Part shown: piece after piece, positions 27,017 to 53,059 of the stretch
Numbering within the stretch: position 1 is the stretch's first letter
Layout: every line of letters begins with the position of its first letter
Assembly: GCA_012295275.1 (NCBI GenBank)
Contig: CM022670.1
Span: forward strand, 40,486,001 to 40,550,000
Origin: Chrysomallon squamiferum
Lineage: Eukaryota > Animalia > Mollusca
Reading direction: 5' to 3'
Length of the DNA: 64,000 nt
The notes under the pieces: generated by a model
Seen by the model: the letters and a program-made list of their open reading frames with translations, nothing else
Told to the model about the DNA's origin: nothing
Databases searched by the model: none
Translations under genes and position numbers: made by a program

Positions 27017-28985
27017 CAAAATATGTTTATTCGTAAAACTAGTTATCTTTACCATTGTAAATATCAAAATAAAAGTGCAGCTGGATGAGATATCAAGTGT
27101 CAATCAAACTGATATCTGCATTTATATCACTGAAACATCCACGACCAGCAAACATTTTCAAATTTGTAGCTGATATTTATTGCAGTACATATATATATAT
27201 TTTTCGGTGATTATAAATCATGTCACCAGCCGTTTTGAACTTCACCTTTACTTGGAAATTTTATCAGGTTTATTCCAAAATAAATATCAGAGCTGTGTTC
27301 TGCATCCCACTTACAGCTATTTTCTCCAATAAGCAGAGAGAATTTTTTTTTTATTATATTGTTGGTCACTTTAAATCATGAAGTCAAAGATCCCTGTCTG
27401 TTTCAGTGTATTGTTTTCTGTCAAATACATATTATTTGTGATAAAAAGTCTTTGTTTTATTTTGAATTGCTTGAATACAGTTTTGAGAATGTTGACCTAG
27501 AGTGAAAAAAACAAAAACAACACTTGCTGAAAAGAAACACATTTTTACTGATTTAAATACATTTGTTACAATATAATTTGCACAGTTGTGCCATTGAATA
27601 AAATGATATAACAGTGAATCTTGGTCAATTCAAAATGAAAGCAGTACCTGATTACAGTTTAATACAAAATAATTTTTATTGTCACAATGTAATGATAAAT
27701 ATTTTCAACTGCATGGTCTCTAACAACCTAATAATAAAATAAATAATAAATGTTAGAGAAAATAAACCCTGTAATTTAGTTATTTTACTGTAATATTCCA
27801 CTGGTGTTATATAATTCAACAAGTGAATGTTTAATACCTCGGCCAAAAAAATTGGAGCTATTACATGATACTGTCAATGAGACAATAAACTTTATTATAC
27901 AGAATATTACAAACTGCCATCCAAATTTACAGATGAATTGCAATTTATTAAATTTATTTAATACTGTGGAGGTAGTTCCACAAACAGATGATTTCGCTAA
28001 CAAAAATTCATAACATAATGTCAAAAATAATCTAGGAAAATAACCAGCTTGTAGTATGAAAAACAATGACATTTATATTCACAAAAGCAAATTTTTACCT
28101 TTCCTCGCTTAATAAAAAGAAATTTATTGAAAATATAAAAGAAACTTATACTTTCTCTTAAGAAATGTAATTATAGTTTGTTTAAATACAAAATATGACC
28201 CATTTCCACAATAGGTGGATTTTTTTTTTTCATGCCTAGTTTTTTGGACTATATTTTATCACTTGAAAAATTCCATAGTTGTACAACGATTCAACATGAT
28301 ATATTTAAAGTTTAAGTTGACAAGATAAATGATTGTTTTCACTTAATCTGGTAACTGAATTATACTTAAATTACATGTATTATAATCAAATTCTGGTTTA
28401 ATAAAATAATTCAGTAGAGAAAAATTACTTTGAGGCAGCAAGTAATTTAAAATGTCATAAGACACATAAAAAAAATGTATAGCAACAGTTCCTTTGTTAC
28501 TTTGTATATCTTTGTGGAAACTGGTGACATACAACAAATATATGTATTTTTATAATATAACACTTGGATAATGTTTCATAAAAACTTTTACCTATGTTAG
28601 TAGATTATAGAGACTCTTGGCTGTCAATATTCATTTTAGTAACTAATGCCAGTAATGGATGATTTAGAACCTATACAGATACTAGTTAATTACTAATTAC
28701 TTTGTTCTTAAGTCAATGATTGTATCTAATGGCTTGAAAATAGTCCTTACTATTCTGTGCAAATTTCTACATCATTCATACTGGATGTATTAACTTTATT
28801 TTTCAAAAATGATTGAATCTAATGTCTTCTTTGGAAAATTCCTTCAAATATTATGTAGCACCATATAAACTTTTAATATTCTTTAGACTGCAAATGTCAT
28901 TCTCTCGGTATTAACATGGAAAAAGCAGTCAATTGTATTGCACTAAAAACTAGTTATTGCCTGGGTATTTTTCAAGAGAATCTTA

Positions 28986-31900
28986 TTATTTGGATTTCAG
29001 TTTGGCTATCAACGCAGCATTTTCTTTCTTCATTTGTTGAAAGTCTTCTGTGATTTTTTCAAGATTGGCCAAAACCTTCTTACTTTGTTCAGCTTCAATC
29101 TGTGCAGAGATAAGAAAACAACAATACAAAAAAATGAAAACAAGAACCATATACAAATATTTCAATATGTTTTGCCAATGAATGATGTTTCATATTAGTA
29201 TCCACAGAAATATGTAAACTTATGGATTATTTTAGTAATATTATGAATAAAACATTTTGAAAAAAATGAAACAAAGAATCCCAAAACAATCTGTATTTGA
29301 AACAGAATTTCAAAGGCAGAAAATCATGATTGGGCTGTTTTTAAAAATATTCTTATTTCAAAACTTGCCCCATTATGAAACTAGATTATTGAAACTGCAC
29401 TAATAAATATTCTTTCACTCTTAAAAAAAAAAAAAAAAAAAAAAAAACTTGCCACAAAAATTATTTCCAGTAAAGAAACAAGAAATGTTCACAAATGGGC
29501 TCAAATGTTTAATTCATTCAAAATGTATATTTTTTTCACCTCAAATTTTTCTCATTAGTATTCATGACAGAGAAATAAAACTTACTTGTTCTTCCAAATC
29601 TCTGATTTCTCTCATAATCACTCCAGTTTCCTCGACAGTTTTTATTAACAGGTCACAGTTCTTGAAAAAAATGGAAAAAAAGAGAGAACATCAATTAATT
29701 AAAAATACAAATATAATTTTATATAATTGAGTGAACATCATAGAATAGAATCCTTTAGCATCAAGTGTTTTTAAGAACATTCAGGCAAATGACAATTAAT
29801 GATTATATACTCAAGATATCAAACACAACATGTAGTTTGTTGAAATAAAAATCAAATATTCAAGAATTAAAATACAAACAATCAGCAGAAAAAATAATTT
29901 TAAAATATTTAAAAAATTACCTCATGTAAAGCTGCCAAAAATCTGTAGGCCTTTTTCACCGCTTCATCTTTTTTAGCATCCTAAAATAAAGTCATAAAGA
30001 ATTATCAAACCTGGAAGCATTATCAAAACTGTTTTAAAATGCCACACTGGTCAAACAAAAATGTCGAATGTCAGTGCTAAAAAATTTTCTAAGAAATCAA
30101 ATTTATTTAAAATCATGAACAGAAAAGTAAAATTTGTGTTTTTATTTATATAATGTTTTCAGAATCTCTATTTTAAATATTCATTATGATAATATAGTGA
30201 TACACACCAAAGTGTAATACATTTAGCTTATGTTTAATCTTTAATCTTTCTTTTTTTCGTCAAATAGGAAATAAGCTTGCCCTGAATATCAGTTCATCAG
30301 CTACTATAAAAGTTCGATCCAGTTTTCCTGACAAATGATTTATTTCCTTCTGTATTTCTCGAGTGTCAACCAGCACCTAAAACAAAACACACTGAACCAT
30401 ATCAGAAGACCAATTTTTGTATATGGTAAATAATAATAACATTGAAATAAGAAAATTCAAACTTTTAACATTATTTGAGCATTACATCCATAAAATAAAT
30501 ATTTTTAAATTAAGTAATAAAATAATACTTTTTTTTTATTATTTTTATTTTGTAACTTACAGGTTAAATTGTAAGAGAGACAATTGACACAGATCACTGT
30601 TTTACACCATTTTCTACAATTGTTTCTTTAACTGAAAAAATAATTTAAGTAATAAATACGTATTTGGATTAACATATCAGTGACATTTACCTTGTCAATT
30701 TCTTGTTTTTGTTTTTTGATGTTTGAGACTATCTCCATTATTTTCTTGGTGTATGCAGATCTGTTGACATCTTTGGTTATTCGTTCAAATTCTGACCTCT
30801 GTAACAAATACATAAAACTGCTGTTTAATAAAATGTGCAAGAAACGGTCTTCGTATGTTTTCATCAGTCATGTACATACAATGCCAATACTCACTTTCTG
30901 CAGTGATTAAAAACTTTTCTCCAGCAGTCAGCAAATATGGTTTAATTTTTCATGGTTATCTGCTCCAGTAATTTTCATATTACCAACTTTTATTTCACTT
31001 AAATTCTCATTTCAGGCGTTTCAAAATATTATCTCTATACAATTATGATAAGAAAGAAAAAAAAGAAAAACAAGGAAAGCAACGTTTCTGCAAATGTTTG
31101 CCTGTTTTTATTTTAGATCATTTTTTATTTTGTTTTCAGTGTTGTGCTTGATTTCGTTGTTTCCTAATTTCTCACACATGTATTCTGAGTGTACACACAC
31201 TGATAGGGAGAGACACACTAACCAGCTGTTTAGCAATTTCTTCTTTGCTTCTAGCGTCAGCAGCTACTTCCTTCATTCTTTCTCGGAATATTTTTATCTC
31301 CACCAGTTTTTTCTGTGCTTCAGACTGGAAACGCAAATTAAAGTAAAATAATCTTAATATGTTACTCCAAAGGTAACTAACTTATGTGAAGCTTATAAAA
31401 TATAAAGTAAAATAATATTAATATGCTACTTCAAAGGTAACTTAATGTGAAGCTGATAAAATATAAAGTAAAATAATATTAATATGCTACTTCAAAGGTA
31501 ACAATATGAAGCTGACAAAAATAAAGTAAAATAATATTAATATGCTACTTCAAAGGTAACTTAATGTGAAGCTGATAAAATATAAAGTAAAATAATATTA
31601 ATATGCTACTTCAAAGGTAACAATATGAAGCTGACAAAAATAAAGTAAAATAATCTTAATATGCTACTTCAAGGTAACTTAATGTGAAGCTGACAAAATA
31701 TAAAGTAAAATAATCTTAATATGTTACTTAAAAGGTCACCTAATGTGAAGATAATAAAACAGATTTAAATGAGCAAATTAAACTATTTTCATGTAACTGC
31801 AATTTCTTTTTAAAACAAAAACTTACCTTTGTGTAAATAAACAAATGAATTATTATTTAAAACCAACCCGGGGAGAACATAAGAACTGGCTTTTCAGTGT

Positions 31901-34900
31901 CAAATGTTATATCAACTCAATGAATAGAAAATGTCATGTTACCTCTTTCTTGGAGTTCAGGTCTTTCAGCTGACGATACTGATCTATCAATGGTGCTCTG
32001 TGCTTTTCCCACTGGCTTGCCAAAGAAACCAAACGCCCTGCACTTGAATCTACAAGAGCCTATCAAAAAAAATAAAAATAAAGATAAAGTAAATAAATAA
32101 ATTACATTAATAATAATAACAATAAATATAATAATAAAATATAAAACCCTTAACAAAAAAATAAAAAATAAAATAAAAACGAAAATGCAATAATGTGAAT
32201 GAAAGCATTTTGAAAAAATATGATAAAATGCAATAAGAAATCTTTAAAAAAAAAATCAAATGAAAAGTGTCACTATTGGAAATTCAAATGACCTAGCATA
32301 GAGTGAAAGAGTAAGAGATACACCTACAGTATTTACAAACACACTTTAAAACAAGAATCTGAAGATGTAAAACTGAACCTGCAACTTGGATATGTTATTT
32401 TCAGCGTCGGGCAATAAATCGAGAGTTTGTTTTTTCACTCTGTAATTGTTTTCTTTCTCCTGAATTCTGCTTGTCTCAGTTGAAACTTGTTCTGCAATCT
32501 GTGCCTGATTCACTGTGAACTTCTTCATCTCCATGTCCAGTGTTTCCAGTCTCGATGTTATTTCATCCAACTCATCCTTCAGTGCTTTGATTTCTTCCTC
32601 CTTTCTCTTCTGTTGTTCCTTTAATTAAACAATCAAATAATCCAGTAAGTATACATAACAGTCTGATCCCAGTTTACATATTTCCAAGTGACTGTTTTAT
32701 TGTCAGACACTAACCTCTTTGTTAATAAAAAAACATGAGAATAAATAAACAAGCCAAAACAGATGAATGTATAATTCCTGTTTTCAGTTTTTCATGGAAC
32801 TACTTTAAACATATAAATATTTCTGTGATAAACTGCAAATATGCTACATCCTCAGTAAGTTAATAAAACTTCTTATACAGGTGGAGAATCTTTTATTCGA
32901 AGTGATTGGGACTTGAAATGTTTTGGGTTTTGGAATTTTTCGGATTTTTGAATATAAGGAGATAGTATGTGAACAGAATGTTAGTCTAAATTTAAATACC
33001 ATTTATATTTCATAGACAGCTTACACAAATAGCATGCAGAATTTCTGATATAATATTTTTAATAATTTTGTACATAAAATAAAGTTTCTATATATGTAAA
33101 ACAATCTGAAAACTACAAGATATCACTATTTCTGATGCTTGAAAAATGTTTCAGAGATGGGAGATTTTCGGATTTCAGAATTTCAAATAAGGGAGTGCCA
33201 ACCTGTGTAATGTAATAATTGTTTGTTTTATATTTTTTTAAATAATTAAATAAATAGAAAAATGTACTTCTTCTGAGTCTCTTGTGGGAACTTCAGCACC
33301 TATCTGTTCCATAGTCTTGCTTTCATCCTAAATAGAAAGAAAAGGAGAAGAAATAATAATCGAATAATAAACTAAATAAATAGAATGACTGACTGAAGGA
33401 TTAAAGTAAGTAAATAAATAAATTAAAAAAATAATGCAGATTCATAAAGACATCATTATTATTATGTTTTTAATTATTATTATTTTTTTAATTTTTATTT
33501 TTTTCAATTTTAATTTATTAATATTTTCAATTAAGTTTAAAAATAATTATAAATGTTTACTGAATAGACAATATATATATTATATACATTTTTTAAATTT
33601 TTTTTCCTTAAAATTCATTATTTAATAAATCTTCCAACCTTTGCAAAGAGAAGTTTTTCTGTGTGTGAAAAGCGTGATCCCTTCGTCTTGTTTGTGATTC
33701 TAGTTTGTGAACTGATGGCAGATATCACCTGCTGCAGGTCTCGAGGAATGTCAGAGTCAGTGCTTGCTTCTGACCGCTGACGGTCCTGTTTCAGTCTGTC
33801 GGAGATCATTCGGCGAATCTTGTCTAACTTTTTGGCACGGAATTCCTGTAAAAATTTAACATGTTATTTCCTGCTTAAAACACACACTCATAAATACCCA
33901 TATACCAAAATAGTGTGTGTGTGTGTGTGTGCGTGCATGCATGTGCATTTGTGTGAAATTTCTAACAAACTAAATTTCATTAAAATAATACTTCAGTTAT
34001 AGCTTATTTATCAAAATATACTCCTTAACATTGTTTCAAATTTAGAAAATGTGTTAATTTGTATTTTATTTCTCAAGCTAGTTATATTGCAGTTTCACTG
34101 AAAACCAAATATTAAACTTTACATTAAACGGATATGTTTTTTAAAAGATCACTTTGGATAGACTGATTTTCTTTCTTTTTTTCCTCTTTGTTTTATTTCA
34201 ACTGAGATCACAGACAGATATTCAGAGCTGAACACTGTAAAACATATAACTGATAAACAATTTTTTTCAGTTCCCCCTCAATGAGAGACACTTGTCAAAA
34301 CTGAATACTTTTTGCGACAGTCTGGAAGCAAGTCCAGAATGGTTCCATTCGTTCTCAGACTCTAGGTGAGCTGCAACTTCGGTGGCATTCAGTTCTATCA
34401 CAGATGGCGCTGTATCTCGGAACCTGCTGGTCTGGTTTGTTACATATGGAAGATTATTATTATAATAAGCTTTAATGGCTGAAAAAAAAAAAAAAATTAA
34501 TTAAAAAAATAAAATAAAAGAAAGAATAAATGAAAAAAAAAAAAATTTAAAGAAAAACCAAAAAAAAGAAAATGGGGAACTTTTTTTGTTTTGTTTAATA
34601 TACATGTACTCAGATACATACATACATTCATATGCATTCACAAAGCAAGTTATCTATCTATATGGTGTATACACTACTATGCTATGCATACCATAGATAT
34701 TAAAATACAATTATAAAACATTTCTTCATCTTTTATGTATATTATGTGTTTGAGCTTGTGGTTATTTATTAAGAATGTTTGTTAAAAAAAATTTATATAA
34801 TAAAGAAAAGACTGTATGGAAGAAGAGTTTACATCTGTACTGAACATGACACTTTGAGATTAATGATATCTTAATTAATCAGTTCATTAACTTTGATGGT

Positions 34901-37472
34901 AAAGTAAGATTAGTGAAAGAAAACACTTCAATATGAGGAACATTTCTTTTCAGACAAAACCCCCACACAGTAACAAATTACCTTTTGGAAGTTTTTGTGA
35001 TAAATCTGCAATTCCGTGTGGAATACATAAATGGCAAGTGTGAAAATTATGCATCCATGATGAACCCTAAAAGAAAAACAAAATATAGTTTATTGATAAT
35101 AACTGTTATTTCAAAGAGCCATTTCTTGTAAGCAAAGTTTTATTAAAAATATAACCCACCTTTTAGCATAAAGTCCACACTGAATAGAAAAATCAACATT
35201 CAGTTAAAAAGATGATGTATTGCTTCATCCATATCCCAACATTGGTCATTGCTGAATAAAAAATATTTGCAGTTTTAGAAAAATCAACATTCAGTTAAAA
35301 AGATGATGTATTGCTTCATCCATATCCCAACATTGGTCATTGCTGTTATTTCGACTGATTTACTTCATCAACCTTTAGATTAAAAAGGTTAATTATTTTG
35401 TCCTGTTTGTCTAATATCTATTTTTTTATTTCAAGTCTTTGTAAAATTCAACATACCTCTCTCTGCCAGGCAGGAGGTTTGCCCCTCCATGTTATTCCGT
35501 GGTCTTTGAGGTAAGGTGGTGTCCATGGCGATGACATCTGCTGACCAACTTTGGCTGAGATTGCCCTCTGAAGCAGAGCTGATGCTCCTGCAGAAGATAA
35601 TACACTTTGTGAATAATGACACAGTGGCAGCTGGATAACAACTCACCATATTATGTTAACTATTATCAGTTGTCAAGAATACTTTTTTGTACAAGTTTTA
35701 TTATGAGGTGCTTTTTTTTTTTTAAATCTTGAGTCAGGTTAATATGTTGTACAGATGTGTCCTAATTCTCACACACATTTTGAACTTTTTTCTGAACACA
35801 TACACTTACCTAAAGGTTCTTCAGATGTTTGTGATGTTTCTTTTGGTAATTTCTCAATAAGAAACATTAACACTTTTCTTATTTCACTTTCACTGGAATA
35901 CAAGAATGTCTGGTACCCAAGCTCTCCTGAAAATCCCACTTCCTAAAGAAAAATAAATTACAAAGTATTATTGCATGCAGATTTTGTATTTACTAATAAC
36001 ATATCACTCCATCTATCCCACAGAACAAAAATGATACTAAATTCAAACACAAAAACTTTAAATTTTAACAAAGTGTATGTTGTATTTCAAGGAATAATCA
36101 GCAATCATGCAAACTTTTGATTCTCTAAACAGAAACTTTCTTAAGATCAATTAAAATTGTTTTTTCAAAATATTTTGATAAACCAAACTTATCTAAAAAT
36201 CACAGTCCTTCAACTTCTATAAGGCAGCTATTTAAACACATTAATTTTGGATCAAACGATGTTTCTCTACCTGCACATAATTAGCCAAACTCGCTCCCAT
36301 ACGAAACCTAGCAGACATTCCTGGAGGTAGTGTGTTTGGTAGATCAACGTCATTGTTGATAACTTTCAAACAACGAACAATTGTCGACACAATCAAATCT
36401 GTATTAAACTGCTTCAGACTGGTAATTTCATCATCAATATCACTGTAAAAAAAAAAAAAAAACCATAATGATTATGTATTAATTTCAGTAAAGCACAGAA
36501 AAAAAGAAAAAAAAACCATAAAAGTTAATTATGCACTGATCCTCACAAAATATGAATTATTTCAGTGCGAGAAGATTTGTTACATGCAATTTCATTTATT
36601 TCTAATATTACTGCACCAAGTTGATCTTTATATTATTTATAAAACAAATATAACAGATATTTGTTGGCAAACAATAACTCATATAATTATAATAGCTGTC
36701 AGTATTAACATCTCTTAGAGTTTATTTTGAATGTTACTAAAGATTGGGATGTTATCAGAAATAAGACCAATTAATTAACTGCACTTAAGCAGATTCAGAT
36801 AAAATAAATAAATAAATAAATAAATAAATAAAAGAAAAACAAAAGGAAAAACAAAGAAGAAAAACAAAAAATAAGCAAAAAATATCTGCACACTCTTTGC
36901 CCAGCTATCAGTCAATGGGATGATGCATTGATGATTTATCATTTTTACATCATATCAAATGAGATGTACAAAGCTTTCATTTTTATGATTGTTTGCTTTA
37001 AAAAAGTTTTAATTTGGTAAAAACCGATCACATGTTCTTTATGACATAACTGATACCTATATCATACATATGTCTGATACAGATGACGAGATGGGTCTTC
37101 ACAGATTCATTGCAATACAGTTATGTTTGTTATATGTATGAGTGTGATTGTACAGTTACTAAATTAGTACAGAATAATAACTGATATTTTGTACTCCCTG
37201 AACCAAAGATTTATCCACTGATTATTTTTAAAAATTATAACAAACTAAGTGTGCTACTAAAAGTGATAAATTATTTTGCAAACTCAGAAAAGGAAGGTTT
37301 TAATGTTTTGAATTATTTATAAAATATATCCATTAGCATGAAACTTAAAGACAATTGATATACTATACTGTTATTAAATGGAAGAAAAATAAAGAAATCA
37401 TCATGAATATTCATCTGTTTACCATCCTATTGAATTTAGGGAATGTATTATTATTTTATCCACCTCCTCCAT
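28986..37472 (-). CDS. CCDC22: Coiled-coil domain-containing protein 22 (CCC/Commander complex subunit), 639 aa
   Basis: 16 exons: 37472-37423, 36442-36271, 35942-35810, 35587-35457, 35066-34982, 34478-34309, 33845-33639, 33327-33268, 32618-32379, 32059-31943, 31324-31223, 30798-30691, 30376-30281 (GC donor), 29980-29921, 29660-29586, 29099-28986. MEEVDKIIIHSL...GMSARFRMG...ELGYQTFLYSSE...QWEKHRAPLI...RSAYTKKIMEIVSNIKKQ...LSGKLDRTF..ADELIFRDAKKDE..AYRFLAALHENC. Confidence 0.96.
31338..31755. repeat. Minisatellite, about 58-bp unit, about 7 copies, next to the CCDC22 exon 11 acceptor
   Basis: aaagtaaaataatattaatatgctacttcaaaggtaac...tgaagctga repeated. Confidence 0.92.
32878..33205. mobile_element. 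Tigger/pogo-type non-autonomous element resembling Tigger4b (Zombi/MER46)
   Basis: TA|CAGGTGGAGAATCTTTTATTCGAA ... TTCAAATAAGGGAGTGCCAACCTG|TG inverted termini, sub-terminal TTTCGGATTT repeats; interior matches the Tigger4b consensus as I recall it. Confidence 0.75.
35185..35345. repeat. Direct duplication of about 70 bp in CCDC22 intron 4
   Basis: tagaaaaatcaacattcagttaaaaagatgatgtattgcttcatccatatcccaacattggtcattgctg occurs twice. Confidence 0.9.
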
Positions 37473-37676
37473 GTTGACGTATCATGTGACCAAATTAACT
37501 GTCCCAAAGTCGTTCTTTGGAATGCAATTTCACTCTGTTAGCGGTTCTTTAGTGGTAAACAGTATTGCACTTTGACAACAAATATGGTGGCAATTTTGAG
37601 TTTTTATGATATTTACGTGTTTGGTTTATAGCTAAATGAAAAAAAGCGAATAACCGTGTTAAATTATTATTGCAAT
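37473..37676. promoter_or_regulatory. Compact bidirectional promoter/5' UTRs of CCDC22 and SCLT1
   Basis: Only 204 nt between the two divergent ATGs; TCATGTGAC (M-box/CLEAR-like) at 37482-37490; YY1-like AATATGGTGGC near 37581. Confidence 0.7.
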
Positions 37677-51153
<13,477 letters not shown>

Positions 51154-51204
51154 TACTCACCAACAAGCAGTAAATAAACAACACACTGACTACTCAAATT
51201 AATT

Positions 51205-52170
51205 GTGTAAACTGATATCCATCCATTGTATAAAATGATATGAATCCATTACGTAAACTAATATCTGTACATTATATAAATTAATATCCATCCATTATAT
51301 AAACTAATATCCTTTTATTGTATAAACTGATATCCATCCATTATATAAACAGACATTGTTATATAAACTGATATCCATCCATATAAACTAATATCCATCC
51401 ATTTTATAAACAACCATTTTGTTACATAAACTGATATCCATCCATTATATAAACTGATATCCATACATTATATAAATTAACATCCATCCATTATATAAAC
51501 TAATATCCATCCATTATATAAACTAATATCCATACATTATATAAACTAATATCCATCCATTATATAAACTAATATCCATACATTTTATAAACTAATATCC
51601 ATCCATTATATAAACTAATATCCATATATTATATAAACTAACATCTTTTATTGTAAACTGACATCCATCCATTATATGAACTAATATCTTATATTGTATA
51701 AACTGATATCTATCCATTATATAAACTAATATCATTTTATTGTGTGAACTGATATCCATCCATTACATAAACAAGCATTCTGTTATATAAACTGATATCC
51801 ATCCATTATACAAACAAGTATTAAGTTACATAAACTGGTATCCAATCTGTTTCAACTGATAATCAATCCATTGTGTATGTTGATATCCATCCATTACATA
51901 AACTCATATCCATCCATATGTAAAATGCTATCCATTCACATCCAGCCATTGCCTAACACTGATCACTTTCAACAGTATAAACTAATATCCCTCCATTTCA
52001 TTAACTAATATCCATCAACAGTATAAACTGATATCCATCCATTTCATTAACTAATATCAATCAACAGTATAAACTGATATCCCTCCATCATATCAACAGT
52101 ATAAACTGATATCCCTGCATTTCATTAACTAATATCCATCAACAGTATAAACTGATATCCATCCATCATA
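51205..52170. repeat. Minisatellite, about 23-bp unit, downstream of the SCLT1 stop codon
   Basis: ataaact(g/a)atatccatccattat repeated with variants over about 1 kb. Confidence 0.92.
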
Positions 52171-52424
52171 TCAATACATCTAGATAACTAACTCATTTAA
52201 AACGGATATCCGTTTTGTTAAGTGATATTATTCTCTGTCTGAACTTAGATCCATTCATTATGTGTAGAGGTATCCCTTGCTCTGTGCAAATATTCAGGGA
52301 TCAGAAAGGAAGAAAAGATATTTTAAAAGACTGTGATGTATCTTCTAGTGTTTGCTGTTTTAAATAGAAATCAAATCTAACTGTTCTAGCTCACTGTGTT
52401 TGTAGAAGCGGGCTTCGTTATTTA

Positions 52425-52465
<41 letters not shown>

Positions 52466-53028
52466 AGATTGTGTGTGTACGTGTGCAGTGTACATATAAA
52501 TTAACAAAACTAAATAGAAGGGAGATAACTGTGATATAAAAAAATGGAGATAGAAGAATATGAGGAGATAATGCATGCTGTCTTCTGTTATTCAAATTTT
52601 TTTTTTTTTTAAATTTAAATTTTTTTTTTTTTTTTATAAGCTTAACAGTTCTACTGGAAATCGTATGTAAACCAGTATATTTATAAATTTCTTGGTGTTC
52701 AGTCCAGTCCAGACAGACTGTTATTTTATCTAATAATAAAATAAGTGATGGGGAAAACTTGGATTTAATGTTTCTTTTATATTCAGAGCATATTTTCTGT
52801 GGATCATCGACCAGTTGTATTTGATTTCGCAGACAACATTATTTAGTATACCACTATAACGAAGACTGTGCATAAAATGTTTAGTCATTTTCAAAAATGT
52901 GTAATACAGAATATAAAAATCTGGTTATAAAATTAAAATATCAAGACACGAAGAGTTCAGAATTAAATTCTGACTTAATTAAATGTTATAGATTAAATGT
53001 GGATCCATTTACATTGTGATATAGTTAG

Positions 53029-53059
<31 letters not shown>

